A program made the translations under genes and the position numbers. From positions 186,001-250,000 of the IMG/VR virus record IMGVR_UViG_3300047548_001236: a DNA stretch of 64,000 bases. One strand, written 5' to 3'. Position 1 is the first letter of the stretch. Each line of letters starts with the position of its first letter. This document shows positions 9,206-19,407 of this stretch, piece after piece. The notes beneath the pieces were generated by a model, which did not search any database, had not been told where the DNA came from, and was given only the letters and a program-made list of their open reading frames with translations.

Positions 9206-9637
9206 TTATTTTGCCGTGGCAACAGCAAAATCTTCGGGGAATGCAGCTACCACCACCTCTTTAGGAATACCTTCAAAGGGCTGCTGTTTCAGCATTTTAC
9301 ACAATAGCTCTGCATCGTTATTGTCGATGTCTTCAAGCAAACTGATGAACAGATGCTCTCGCTTGACTTGATTTAGGTTGTCGTATCCACCTCCCTTGAC
9401 AAAGATACGAAGACGGCGAGCTTCGTTGTAAAGCATCCCCTCAACGCCCACGTAGCTGTTCTTTTTCCACGGTGGAGGGGTATCCGGAATCAGAAACTCA
9501 ACGTTCTCTTTGTCATAGGTGTACTTCAAAACTGTTCTCAAAGCTGGCGACGCCTTGCTTTTCAGCCAATCGATCTTTTCCTGGTCTGTTACCATCTTCG
9601 ACGCTTTGTCGACGATTTCAGAAATTGAAAGTCTCAT
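9206..9637 (-). CDS. conserved T4-like phage hypothetical protein
   Basis: LYNEARRL..F, KREHLFISLLE motif seen near rnh in T4-like phages. Confidence 0.7.
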   Translation of the reverse strand: MRLSISEIVDKASKMVTDQEKIDWLKSKASPALRTVLKYTYDKENVEFLIPDTPPPWKKNSYVGVEGMLYNEARRLRIFVKGGGYDNLNQVKREHLFISLLEDIDNNDAELLCKMLKQQPFEGIPKEVVVAAFPEDFAVATAK

Positions 9638-9824
9638 TACATGCTCTCTCTTTTCATTTTGTTAAGGATAGCGTCAAACTCTGCAATGTTCATGTCAACG
9701 TATACAGAGTTTGACGGAACACCAGAATGCACTTTGCTTTCAGCCCACATACTCTTGTAGTTGGATAGTGCAATTTCAAGAGCCTGAATCTCTTTTCTGG
9801 TGATCTTCATGAAAACATCCTCAA

Positions 9825-10685
9825 TCAGAAGTCTTGTAGATCCGGCATCAGGTTTTTCAACCCTCTCGCCATGAAGAAGTCCAGCAGACCAGACCTTGAT
9901 ACACCCTTCTCATGGTTGTATGCCTCGAGAACCATCCCGTGAAACTTCTCGGGAATCGAAGAAAGGTCGATGAGAGTCTTGTTACGTTCAAAACGCATAC
10001 GGGTAGTCTCATCCATACCTTCGGGATGGTTGCTAAACTCACTGATACGTCTTGCCGTCATAGGCTTCTGTCTTTCTCCAATGGCAATGGCATTATCTGG
10101 AGACAAGATGTTAGGAATACCATCACCCGTATCTCCTTTGAGAATGTGTTCTGTCAGATATTTATCCGGATCGGAGTTCTCGATCCATTTCTTCAACGTC
10201 GGGCTATATTGCTTGACGTTGGCATACTTATGCAATTGGATGTAGTCCTTATCACCTGACATGATGAGGAACTTTTCACTGCCGTCGTTCAACTGACGGC
10301 CGTATTGATGACATATGATACCGATGATGTCGTCAGCTTCAAGGTTATCGAACCTGAGAACCTTATATGGAAAGAAGGTATTCATCTCTTCACGGATCAC
10401 ATCCATAATCCTATACAGCTCAGCCCAATCGAGTTCTGACTCCTCACGAGACTTTCTCCGACTTGCCTTGTAATACGGAAACACCGACTTACGCCACGAA
10501 TTTTTTCCGTCGGCGCAGATCACTATTTCCCCATACTCTTTGAAGAATTTGCGGCGATAGCCACGGATTGAGTTGAGGAACATATGACGAACCATGTTCT
10601 CCTCAACTTCGACGTTTGTATGATTACCGATGTTTGCAAACAGAGATGCTATCATCACCTGGTTGAAATCAACAAGAACAGCCAT
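9825..10685 (-). CDS. rnh: T4-like RNase H / 5'-3' exonuclease
   Basis: VDFNQ, SWRK..FPYYKASR, EADDII, SGDKDYIQL, GDTGDGIPNI motifs. Confidence 0.93.
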   Translation of the reverse strand: MAVLVDFNQVMIASLFANIGNHTNVEVEENMVRHMFLNSIRGYRRKFFKEYGEIVICADGKNSWRKSVFPYYKASRRKSREESELDWAELYRIMDVIREEMNTFFPYKVLRFDNLEADDIIGIICHQYGRQLNDGSEKFLIMSGDKDYIQLHKYANVKQYSPTLKKWIENSDPDKYLTEHILKGDTGDGIPNILSPDNAIAIGERQKPMTARRISEFSNHPEGMDETTRMRFERNKTLIDLSSIPEKFHGMVLEAYNHEKGVSRSGLLDFFMARGLKNLMPDLQDF

Positions 10686-10718
10686 TATTTACCTCATTTA
10701 TAGTTATATGCAGTACTT

Positions 10719-10746
10719 ATTATAGCCGATGTACTGTAAGAGTCAA
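10719..10746 (-). promoter_or_regulatory. sigma70-type promoter
   Basis: TTGACT-N16-TATAAT upstream of rnh. Confidence 0.7.
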
Positions 10747-11687
10747 GAGGTGATTTGGCCAAGCAGCTTGTTCCACTTGTGTTCGAAGCTGGCGATCGAG
10801 TTTCGATTGAGATACCGAAGAGACTTATTTACACCACCGTTAATGAAAGTGGGCTCGCTAAGCACTTTGGCAGTCATGTGGTAAGCTCTGTTCATGTGAG
10901 CTGTCGCATCCTCTGTGTAGTCATACATCAACGTGCACTCGGAGGCAGTCTCTGGTAGAGCAGCGAGATTTGGATGGATCACTAGTACATCAGACTTAAT
11001 GGCCTCGATCATCGCAATACACGACGTTTCTGGCCAGATGCAGGGATATAAGAAAATGTGCGACTTGTCTAACGCATCTAACACTTCTGCATTCGACTTT
11101 GCGCCGTGGTAGGTGATGTTTGGATGTTGTTTAAGCTGTTCGAATAGCTTCTCATACGGTTTGTCACGCTCTTTCCATCCATAGACCTCGAAGGACGAAT
11201 AAACATCGAGATGTAGGTTGTTAAACTGTTTCGTTAAAGCATCAAACACAGGATACAAAAGATGTAACCCTCTATGAGGAGTTGTGTGATAGATGAAATT
11301 GACTGTTTCCAAGTCACGGTTGTGAGGTTGGAACTGTTTTTCGATTGCATTCTCGATCACAGTGCAGTGTGAGTATGGAATCCCGTACATCATCATGTAT
11401 TGATCGCGTTGCCAGTAGGAGACAAATACAATCTTGGCAAATTGCTTGTATCCACCGTTTGCAAGGATTTTGCTTTCAGGATCAGCTGCCAAATCGTGTG
11501 CGTAGAATACATTCGGTACACCTTGGATATTGTTTTCAGGGCGTACACGCGAGAAGTGGATTACGACTTTCTTGAGAAGATCTGGATCGACAACACGGAG
11601 CAGACGATCTCTCATCTGCTCCGTGCCACCTCTTGCATTTCGCGAAAGGTTTGTGTCAGAAATTCTCCCTTGTACAAGGGCGCTCAT
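10743..11687 (-). CDS. GT-B glycosyltransferase (GT4-like)
   Basis: GGTE, TPHRGL, YPCIWPETSCIAMIEA, LAALPET motifs. Confidence 0.85.
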   Translation of the reverse strand: MSALVQGRISDTNLSRNARGGTEQMRDRLLRVVDPDLLKKVVIHFSRVRPENNIQGVPNVFYAHDLAADPESKILANGGYKQFAKIVFVSYWQRDQYMMMYGIPYSHCTVIENAIEKQFQPHNRDLETVNFIYHTTPHRGLHLLYPVFDALTKQFNNLHLDVYSSFEVYGWKERDKPYEKLFEQLKQHPNITYHGAKSNAEVLDALDKSHIFLYPCIWPETSCIAMIEAIKSDVLVIHPNLAALPETASECTLMYDYTEDATAHMNRAYHMTAKVLSEPTFINGGVNKSLRYLNRNSIASFEHKWNKLLGQITS

Positions 11688-11688
11688 A

Positions 11689-11964
11689 TTACGCCCCTTG
11701 CATCACGAACATTTTCTTTTCACGTTCCTTGGGGTTGCCCCACAGTTCGTTTGCACGAACGCGAATGAATCGACGATTCGTTTGCTCTTTATTGGGGTTT
11801 TCAATCGTAACCCAGGGGTTCTTGTTTGCCAACCAAGCTCGTTGGATATTGATTACCTTGTCCGAGGAATCGCGATCACGACGCATACCAGCAAGAGTGC
11901 TACCCTTGACGTTGCTGTGAATGCCCTTCGAAACGTAGGTTTTACCCGAAGCCTTTTTAGCCAT
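11689..11964 (-). CDS. conserved basic hypothetical protein
   Basis: AAGGAG RBS; WVTIENPNK..TN.RFIRV motif. Confidence 0.7.
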   Translation of the reverse strand: MAKKASGKTYVSKGIHSNVKGSTLAGMRRDRDSSDKVINIQRAWLANKNPWVTIENPNKEQTNRRFIRVRANELWGNPKEREKKMFVMQGA

Positions 11965-11979
11965 TATATAACTCCTTTG

Positions 11980-12207
11980 TCATAGCTTTTTAGATTTGAT
12001 CACGTCTAATTCGCGTAAAATGTCAAAGCAGAGTAACGTGATATCTGCTTTTGGGTCGTGTCTCAGAGATGATACCAGACGATCGACAAAAAGCAACTCT
12101 TTATCTTGGTCTGTAGACGAACTCAACGATTCGAATATCGTTTCAATATCGTAAGGATTTTCTCTGAAAAGACTTCGCCTTTGAGGCGGTTTAGTTTTAT
12201 TGTCCAT
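11980..12207 (-). CDS. hypothetical protein
   Basis: ORF with RBS. Confidence 0.55.
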   Translation of the reverse strand: MDNKTKPPQRRSLFRENPYDIETIFESLSSSTDQDKELLFVDRLVSSLRHDPKADITLLCFDILRELDVIKSKKL

Positions 12208-12246
12208 TGTTTCCCTTTGCGTAGATCTTTGTAGATTGATTTCTAA

Positions 12247-12364
12247 GCGTAGGGGTGCTTATAGATATGTGTGGATCGCAAATGTTATGCAGGGATCCAT
12301 ATGGGGTCATTGCACCCCTTGACGCAGCACAGGACTTGTGCTGTGGGTATTTATGAATCCCTGC
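12247..12364 (-). other. structured intergenic element (candidate ncRNA or cis-regulator)
   Basis: 13-bp stem 12289-12301/12352-12364 (one G-U), 7-bp hairpin 12325-12343, crossing helix 12247-12258/12312-12325. Confidence 0.45.
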
Positions 12365-12374
12365 TTAGCTGTTT

Positions 12375-12578
12375 TTACGAGTGGAACAAACCGATCTTGC
12401 TCCATTCACCTGGTACGATACCTGAAAGAATGAACTCACGGTCTTCGTCGGTCAAATATGGCATCAAATCTTGCATGTTACCATATCCCTTTTCCCAGCT
12501 GATGTAATCATCAGGGTTGACTGGGATATCACGGGTCCGTTCAACCCCACTGATGGCACTCTTACGCGTGATTCTCAT
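12375..12578 (-). CDS. conserved small phage protein
   Basis: MPYLTDEDREFILSG motif; GGAG RBS. Confidence 0.7.
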   Translation of the reverse strand: MRITRKSAISGVERTRDIPVNPDDYISWEKGYGNMQDLMPYLTDEDREFILSGIVPGEWSKIGLFHS

Positions 12579-13125
12579 TGTGTTTCTCCTTCATAAACCC
12601 CAGTTTAGCTATGTAGTATGAATCGACTATGTCCGACACAGGATTCCAGTCATTAGTGTTCACAATACCCAGTTCTTGACGAATGTCAACATTTGTCTCT
12701 TGTAAGAACGCTTCATACAAGTTGTCTTTTGCTGCGTTTCCTTTACCAGTCGCAAACTTTTTGATCTCTGAGGGAGCGAACACATAAAATGGTATCCCCT
12801 TTTTCCACATCGTGTACTTTAAAAGCCCTGTGTTTTCCGCAATTTGAAACACTCTTCCAACAGCACCGAAAGCATACCCTTCAATAAAAACGATTTGAGC
12901 CTCTGACACTATGTCAATCGACCAGCGTGAGAGGTTATCGTAACGTTGTGTGTCGCTTTCAAACTTGGGATACAGGGTTCCAAAGAACCTATCGTTATCA
13001 ACAAGGTTCTTCTGTTTTGTGGTCATATAGTAAAATCTGCAGTTCTCTACAGACCACGTGTCCCCTTTATGTACTGTTATTGCAGGACTGGTCAAACTAT
13101 AGTCAATACCGCAAACGGTCATCAC
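12562..13125 (-). CDS. RuvC-like Holliday junction resolvase
   Basis: GIDYS, VFIEGY, IKKFATGKGNA.K, DIVDS catalytic pattern. Confidence 0.75.
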   Translation of the reverse strand: MMTVCGIDYSLTSPAITVHKGDTWSVENCRFYYMTTKQKNLVDNDRFFGTLYPKFESDTQRYDNLSRWSIDIVSEAQIVFIEGYAFGAVGRVFQIAENTGLLKYTMWKKGIPFYVFAPSEIKKFATGKGNAAKDNLYEAFLQETNVDIRQELGIVNTNDWNPVSDIVDSYYIAKLGFMKEKHNENHA

Positions 13126-13151
13126 TCAATACCTCTATTACTTTGTAGAGG

Positions 13152-13159
13152 TATTTATA
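13152..13159 (-). promoter_or_regulatory. T4-type late promoter
   Basis: TATAAATA about 26 nt upstream of the RuvC-like gene. Confidence 0.7.
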
Positions 13160-13166
13160 GTGAAAA

Positions 13167-13424
13167 CTAGGAGTTCTTCGTCTTAGGCACCAGTATACAA
13201 TCTGGTTCTTGACCTGTAAGTACAGACATATAATACATCACCTTGTCCATGTTACCTTGGAACATTGCCTCAAGGTAGTCTGTCGCTTGATATATGTCTC
13301 TTGGATCGACCTCACTGTCAACCATATCATCAAACAAGGCTTCGCTGAGAGTGAGATCCTCCAACATCATTCGACGGATGATAATACTTTCATATATGTG
13401 GATCTCAGACTTTGTCTTGTCCAT
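13167..13424 (-). CDS. hypothetical protein
   Basis: ORF in operon. Confidence 0.55.
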   Translation of the reverse strand: MDKTKSEIHIYESIIIRRMMLEDLTLSEALFDDMVDSEVDPRDIYQATDYLEAMFQGNMDKVMYYMSVLTGQEPDCILVPKTKNS

Positions 13425-13656
13425 AATTTCCCAGCGTGTTTTCTATTTCGGACGTGAACTGCTCATATCCTCCAATATGCCGCTGATCCCACCAGATCTG
13501 TGGAACAGTTCTGACGTTAGGAAACATAGTTTTCAATTCATTCAAGTTTTCTTGGTTGTCGGTGTCTTTCCATTGGTATTCGAGATTATACCGATCAGCA
13601 AGAGCCTTCGCTTTAACACACCATCCGCATCTTGTGTGGCCGTATATCGTAATCAT
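13405..13656 (-). CDS. glutaredoxin (NrdC-like)
   Basis: CGWC, TVPQI, IGGY motifs. Confidence 0.92.
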   Translation of the reverse strand: MITIYGHTRCGWCVKAKALADRYNLEYQWKDTDNQENLNELKTMFPNVRTVPQIWWDQRHIGGYEQFTSEIENTLGNYGQDKV

Positions 13657-13883
13657 TTGTTTACATCCTTTCTAACTATCCAGTAAGTCCAACTCCGTAG
13701 GCAGTGTTCACTATTGAGGAAGAACATTTTGTCAATAAGCCAAACAGCGTTTGGCTTTCCCTGCCTTTTCCATTCGTAATTGCGCGCTGAGAATGTCTGG
13801 TTGCTATACCCACCTAGCATAACATTAAGAAGCACGGAAAGAGCAATGCCAACTCTTTCGATATATGCTATTGCTCTTTTCAT
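13653..13883 (-). CDS. small membrane-associated phage protein
   Basis: LSVLLNVMLGG.SNQTFSAR...EHC motif. Confidence 0.6.
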   Translation of the reverse strand: MKRAIAYIERVGIALSVLLNVMLGGYSNQTFSARNYEWKRQGKPNAVWLIDKMFFLNSEHCLRSWTYWIVRKDVNK

Positions 13884-13913
13884 GTGCTTGCTCCCAGTAT
13901 AATGCTGGGGTAT

Positions 13914-14450
13914 TTATTTGACTACCTTATACGCTACAACATCCCACTTATTCATGTCATCATCTTTGTGACGGTGCATCCATTGAATTTGATACCAATA
14001 CTTGGCGTCACGGGGATCTTGTTTCATTCCACCACGCAGCTTGACTGCAATGATAGTATCGTCTGGCACGGGACGATAATCACCCCCGTGCCAGATTGTA
14101 TAGCCGTTTGAGTCTACTTCGGGTTGTTTTTGAACCTCTGGGAACAGATCGATGACATTATATTCTTCGTCAATCGTCGTCTCGAAAGCATCCAGAAAAG
14201 ATCTTTTCTGGATTGATTTGAGGTGCTCAATCGCTGAGAGCACGGGGTTAAGACAAACAACAGGCCACCCTACGATGGTACGTCCATCACTCATGGGATT
14301 ATCAAGAGCAATCAAAGCGATCGTTTGCGCGTGATCGCCCCAGCCCCCGATCTTACCACGCAGACCATCGTAACCCGTACCTGAGTGGATCACCTCGACG
14401 TAGTCGCCAAGTGCAGGAACGTCTCCTGTGTTTGCATCGTATTTAAACAT
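13914..14450 (-). CDS. hypothetical protein
   Basis: GGAG RBS; C-terminal WHGG..PV...W.H....D.VAY phage domain. Confidence 0.65.
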   Translation of the reverse strand: MFKYDANTGDVPALGDYVEVIHSGTGYDGLRGKIGGWGDHAQTIALIALDNPMSDGRTIVGWPVVCLNPVLSAIEHLKSIQKRSFLDAFETTIDEEYNVIDLFPEVQKQPEVDSNGYTIWHGGDYRPVPDDTIIAVKLRGGMKQDPRDAKYWYQIQWMHRHKDDDMNKWDVVAYKVVK

Positions 14451-14462
14451 GTCTGACTCCTC

Positions 14463-14873
14463 TCAGTCAACGATTCTCAAAATGTAGGTTTTCTTTTTGA
14501 AGAAGAAGTCACCCTTTTCAAGCGGCTTTCCCCAGCCATTCTTCTTCGCTTCGCTGGAAGACTTAAACAACTCCAGCTCAGCAAGTAGAGGTGCGAACGT
14601 AGTATAACCACAACTACTCAAAGAAACAACCTTAAGATTGATCGGGTATAGGTCACACTCGTGTTGAAACACATCCCAAGACAGCTCCCACCAGCCTGCC
14701 CATTTGCCAATGTACATTGCGTGAACATGCTGACATTCGTAAAATAACGATTTGTTGTCTGATTTTACAAGTTCTTTAAAATCATCAAAATCGGGAAACA
14801 AAGTAGATTGAGACTGGTTGCAAATCCATGCAACCAGTCGTCTTATATCACCCTTTGGTAAATCTTGCCACAT
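14463..14873 (-). CDS. hypothetical protein
   Basis: start MWQDLP coupled to the ligase stop. Confidence 0.55.
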   Translation of the reverse strand: MWQDLPKGDIRRLVAWICNQSQSTLFPDFDDFKELVKSDNKSLFYECQHVHAMYIGKWAGWWELSWDVFQHECDLYPINLKVVSLSSCGYTTFAPLLAELELFKSSSEAKKNGWGKPLEKGDFFFKKKTYILRIVD

Positions 14874-16018
14874 CAATCTCCCCCTTTCAGAAGGAACAGA
14901 TTTGAGATGCATTTGAAGCTAAAGCTCGGATCTTCGTTGCACTTCCACACGAGACCTTCACGGATTTTATGATTGATGCTCGGACCATCTGCAAGAGCAA
15001 GACCTTCTTCAACAGAAGCTGGTGCTTTGTGACTGCGCTCAAGAAGTGGAACGTGGTCCAAATTGAGATTTGAACACGCATTTCTACGCTCAAGCGGTTT
15101 CAAGTAGACGTGGTGTTTAATGTCGAAAACGTCGAACACGAAGAACTTATGTTCAACAAATCCTTCACGGTTGCCCTGAATACCCGGGCCCATCACTTCA
15201 CCTTGAAAAGCAAACCCATTTGGAATACGATCACCGATCTTGAGAGCCATAGCAACGAAGGTGTTGTCTTTGTTCTCTTCGTTGATCTTAAGTTCGAGGT
15301 TCCGACTGCAAACGCGAAGCTCGCCTTCCCAACGGAAGATCGTACAGCTCGAACCATCCAGCTTCATCGTCACTTCATAGGTCGGCTCTTGGAAGTCGGC
15401 AGGCACTTCAACCGGATGCTCTTCAAGAGTTTGTGTTTCGGCATTCCAGACCTTCTCAGTAGCGAACCGTTTAGCCCGCTTTTGGATTTCGCCAAAGCAG
15501 TTCTGGATCCGCTCTTGATCAGTCTTCGGAATCAGCGAAGTCGGGAACATACCTGCAGCTTGACCAGCAAGTTGAGCAGGGATAGGTGCTTCCCACTTTT
15601 GAATACCGAGGATTTCAGTGAGATCAGTTCCTTCTTCAAAGAGACGAACTGGTTCCAAGTCACCAAATTGCACATACCCGCCAGGAAGGTATTGGATAAA
15701 TTGCTGAGGAAGCTCGCGAATTGTCTGTTCAATAGGAAGCAGCAATCCTTGACTAACTTGCCCACGAAGTTTGATAGTTCGCAGTCGCTCGCCTTTCACA
15801 CCATTGTATTCTCGGGGTTCTTGCCCCTTGGACAGGAAAGGAGCGAGCTCATGAGGCACCCAAGAGTCGATCTCACACATAACGACGAGCTCGCCTACAT
15901 CGTATTTGCCTTTAGCATCGACAATTTTCCAACCGTCAATAACATAAGCGCAGATTTTATCTGCATTTTCAATTGGTTCTACACCACTAATTCTGCGAAT
16001 CGTTGCCAACTTTCTCAT
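14873..16018 (-). CDS. RNA ligase, DRB0094 family (N-terminal OB domain)
   Basis: MRKLATIRRI, LRGQVSQGLL, PKTDQERIQN, KLDGSS (motif I), QGE, FDVF, REG, FKCIS. Confidence 0.9.
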   Translation of the reverse strand: MRKLATIRRISGVEPIENADKICAYVIDGWKIVDAKGKYDVGELVVMCEIDSWVPHELAPFLSKGQEPREYNGVKGERLRTIKLRGQVSQGLLLPIEQTIRELPQQFIQYLPGGYVQFGDLEPVRLFEEGTDLTEILGIQKWEAPIPAQLAGQAAGMFPTSLIPKTDQERIQNCFGEIQKRAKRFATEKVWNAETQTLEEHPVEVPADFQEPTYEVTMKLDGSSCTIFRWEGELRVCSRNLELKINEENKDNTFVAMALKIGDRIPNGFAFQGEVMGPGIQGNREGFVEHKFFVFDVFDIKHHVYLKPLERRNACSNLNLDHVPLLERSHKAPASVEEGLALADGPSINHKIREGLVWKCNEDPSFSFKCISNLFLLKGGD

Positions 16019-16409
16019 TACACATCTCCAAATACTGAATGGCTCTTTTTAATATATTGATATCGTCACTTAACAACCCAATTGCTTTGTTACACGCGTT
16101 ACAAAGCAATCCACGAACGTTTCCTGTATCGTGGTCATGGTCGATAGCAACTACATCGAGCGACTGTCCTCTCGTCTTCGTGGGCTGTTTGAGTTCCTTT
16201 TCACATATACCACATTTACCATTGAAAGCAAACCACAACACATCAAACCCTGACTCATCAACGCCATACTTTTTACTTGTATGCCAAAATCTTTTGTAGT
16301 TGGGATTTGACGAGGAAGCTCTTCGTGCAATGTCACATGGCTTGCATAACTTACCATTTGTAAGATTGCTGCAACCTTCTATCTGACATACTTTCATGGC
16401 CCTAGGCAC
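15987..16409 (-). CDS. endonuclease VII-family (His-Me) free-standing endonuclease
   Basis: CGIC, IDHDH.TG.VRGLLC..CN.AIG. Confidence 0.85.
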   Translation of the reverse strand: MPRAMKVCQIEGCSNLTNGKLCKPCDIARRASSSNPNYKRFWHTSKKYGVDESGFDVLWFAFNGKCGICEKELKQPTKTRGQSLDVVAIDHDHDTGNVRGLLCNACNKAIGLLSDDINILKRAIQYLEMCNEKVGNDSQN

Positions 16410-16421
16410 GTGTTAATACCC

Positions 16422-16745
16422 TCAATCCGATGAGGAAGATGAGGATGAATAGCTGGAGCCGGAATCGTGCGAACTTGAAGACCAACTCGATCCAGAGTCG
16501 TGCGAATGCTTCGTAGGTTCGTCGTCCGACAGCATCAACGTATTGACAGGGGACAGTGGATTCATAACGCTCAGAGGGTCTGTCAACGGATCGTAAGCAG
16601 GTGAACTTTCACGGCGGGTAGAATACTTGTTCCCACCAACAATGTCACCCGATGCTCGAGCACCGCGCTGATCCACATATACAGGGTCTCGCTTTTTGCT
16701 TTCTGCTTTTTGCTCAGGCTTCTTTCTCTTGAACCAACCAAACAT
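16422..16745 (-). CDS. hypothetical protein with Ser-rich tail
   Basis: GGAGG RBS before MFGWFKRK. Confidence 0.6.
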   Translation of the reverse strand: MFGWFKRKKPEQKAESKKRDPVYVDQRGARASGDIVGGNKYSTRRESSPAYDPLTDPLSVMNPLSPVNTLMLSDDEPTKHSHDSGSSWSSSSHDSGSSYSSSSSSSD

Positions 16746-17045
16746 ATTATTCCTCCCCAAAGATATCAGCATAGAGCACATGTGCCCCTTCAACAGCATC
16801 AGGATAGTTTGCAACCATCACCAGCAAACATGCAATGATGACAGTAATTAGTGACAATTTTTCCATATTATTCTTTTCTTTGATCTTCGAGAACACGCAC
16901 GCGGTGAGCGAGCCTACGAATCTCTAGCATCGCTCGGAGCATCATGGTATACATTTCTTGAGTGTTGGGACGGTCATCGTCAGACTCCAACCGAACGGTC
17001 ATGTGAGCAATTTCGTCGGCGAGAGTAGTATGCTGTTCCATCACA

Positions 17046-17360
17046 TCAACCGTTCTTTGGGTAAATCATAAAGACGGCAGCTCGATCCGTTTCTGAGGAC
17101 TTACCATGTTTTTGATACATGTAAGTGTATGAAGCGTCAACGCGATGATCCTCACAAGTGATAATCACCATGTTGTCGATCTTACCGTAGCTACCAATAT
17201 CGGTAGCAGTGCATCCCTCAGGTAGCACGCTCTCCAGGTTTTGAATCTGTTCAGGTGAGGGAATGGCTGCTTTGCTATCATAGTAGATAGCTGCTCCGAT
17301 AATCCCTGCAACGAGGACGATGCCACCAACAACTCCCCAACCAACCACATCCATCTTCAT
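17046..17360 (-). CDS. membrane-anchored hypothetical protein
   Basis: N-terminal TM; AAGGAG RBS. Confidence 0.6.
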   Translation of the reverse strand: MKMDVVGWGVVGGIVLVAGIIGAAIYYDSKAAIPSPEQIQNLESVLPEGCTATDIGSYGKIDNMVIITCEDHRVDASYTYMYQKHGKSSETDRAAVFMIYPKNG

Positions 17361-17799
17361 TCTCCTTCTTTTGCATTAACACCACATTCGCCAGCCCACG
17401 CGAAGTCTCCGCTGTCAGGACAGTAAATGCCGTACCCGCGTTGGATTGCTTCGAGTCTCATGGAATTCGTACCATACCAGTCGCCGGCGATAAAAATCCC
17501 AACAACAATTGCTGCTAGGATAATAAGCCCTGCTTCAAAACCACTAGCTACTAACATTGCTTTGCTCCTCTTTCTGCCAAAATGGATGATCGATGATGTA
17601 TTGAGCTGAAAGGATTACCAGTTCTTTTTCTTCATTCTTTCGACGTTCGGGATCTCGATGAACAAGGTGAAATACAACACTTTGATCAAGCGACTGAGCT
17701 TTCTCAATTCCAAATACAAACATATCCTTCGTCGAAGGTTTGACCTCATGCAGAAATTGAGTAACGTTGACCAAATCGATCACTGACGTGTCTGCAAAC

Positions 17800-18075
17800 T
17801 CAACCATTTGTCGGAACCTTTCTAATCTTGAGAGTTTTCTTCTTCTTGTCAATATCGATAATTGCACCGTTTGACAATAGATGGTTGTAGAGAGCTGTAA
17901 ACAACACGACAGCTTCCGAAAGATTTTTATCGTCGAATTTCAGCTCAATCAAACCATCTCTCGACGGTTTGACTGTTTTTGTGTTAGGTTTAAAGTGGGC
18001 GATCCACACATTGAGCGCATCGCCTGAGTCCCAGATGTAAAGATCACTGTCTTCCCCAAACCGCTGATATGCCAT
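17800..18075 (-). CDS. hypothetical protein
   Basis: ORF directly after the RNA ligase. Confidence 0.55.
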   Translation of the reverse strand: MAYQRFGEDSDLYIWDSGDALNVWIAHFKPNTKTVKPSRDGLIELKFDDKNLSEAVVLFTALYNHLLSNGAIIDIDKKKKTLKIRKVPTNG

Positions 18076-18076
18076 C

Positions 18077-19201
18077 TTAACCCTCCATCCAAGCCATCAT
18101 TGCGTCATACTTAGGCCCGTTGTTCACCGACTCCTTGACCTTCTTAAGAACAAGAGGACGAAGCTCCTTACCATCAAGAGCTGAGAAAATGAACGACGCG
18201 TCTTCTTTGTTATTGAGGTTGGGGATGAAGTTGATAGCAACATCCTTCTTTACACCACCGTGCAGAACCTTAGCCAGAGTCACCAGACCCTCCAGACGGC
18301 CCAGCACATTTTCCAGAGCAGCATCGAAACGCTTCTCATACGTACGGACAATCTGCAGATCGGTCGCATCCAACAGAGGCAAAACATCATCCAACTGTTC
18401 GTTGACGATGATATCTGCAATGTTGCGATCGGTGCGGATCAGGTCCTTGGTCTTGTGAATACGAACATACCAGTCGTTTTTGATTTTGATCATGTGACCG
18501 TTCACAAAACGAATAATGTCGCCTTCACGGCCCTGCTGTTCACGAGCACGAGCGATGTATTCAGACAGGTCTCCCTTTACTGAACCGTACTGAGGAACAA
18601 TCTCAAAACGATTGGTAAACGGCATGAAGTAGTTGCCCGAAACGTTGTTACGAGCGCCGAGAAGAACCAGACGAGCTTCGGCATAATCGATCACGATCTT
18701 GTTGGTAGGCGAAATATACTCGAAGATCGGCGTAATTTCGGATTCCATCACTTCTTCAAGCCAATCATATTGATCAGGTGAAAGCAACTTTTCAGCTTCC
18801 ACAGCAATGTCGGTCACACCCATCTTCGTGGCCAGGCGAACGATACCGTTCACAAGAACAGGACGGATCATCGAACCATCCATCTTCTCCATGATAACAT
18901 GAGGCATCGACATGTCGAGCAAACGCATCTGCGTCTCTTCACGCTCATTGACGTTGAAGAACTTGTGGAAAGGGCGGGACATGATCTTGCCCTTGGTATC
19001 AAAGATGATGCCACGACATTCCCGACGAATGCGACCAGTCAGGTCATCCACGCCCGTCATATCAAAAGTGTCGGCCATGGCAACTACATAATTGATCACC
19101 GTACCAAACTCACGTTCGGCAACGATGAATTCGGACCGTCCATCAATGTGAGGGAGGACATCATCAATCGTACGAATCTCGGGAAACGTGTAGTGCATCA
19201 T
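18077..19201 (-). CDS. rnlA: T4 Rnl1-like RNA ligase
   Basis: RECRGIIF, RPFHKFFN, EKMDGS, FEY.SP.N.IV, EG, KIKNDWY motifs. Confidence 0.92.
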   Translation of the reverse strand: MMHYTFPEIRTIDDVLPHIDGRSEFIVAEREFGTVINYVVAMADTFDMTGVDDLTGRIRRECRGIIFDTKGKIMSRPFHKFFNVNEREETQMRLLDMSMPHVIMEKMDGSMIRPVLVNGIVRLATKMGVTDIAVEAEKLLSPDQYDWLEEVMESEITPIFEYISPTNKIVIDYAEARLVLLGARNNVSGNYFMPFTNRFEIVPQYGSVKGDLSEYIARAREQQGREGDIIRFVNGHMIKIKNDWYVRIHKTKDLIRTDRNIADIIVNEQLDDVLPLLDATDLQIVRTYEKRFDAALENVLGRLEGLVTLAKVLHGGVKKDVAINFIPNLNNKEDASFIFSALDGKELRPLVLKKVKESVNNGPKYDAMMAWMEG

Positions 19202-19407
19202 GGTTTATCTCACTTTTTCAAATTTAGAAGGATCGGTTTTATACTCTTCGATGATCAGCCTGGCAAACTCTTGCAGGTTTTCCTCGGTCACGACAAACCC
19301 TTGACAATAGCCAAGATTTGCCCAATGCTCTTCACACCCTGAAAGAAACAGAGCCTTGTCAAAAGGTTCGACAAGCCCCATCTCTGCCAACTGCTCGTCT
19401 GTCCACA

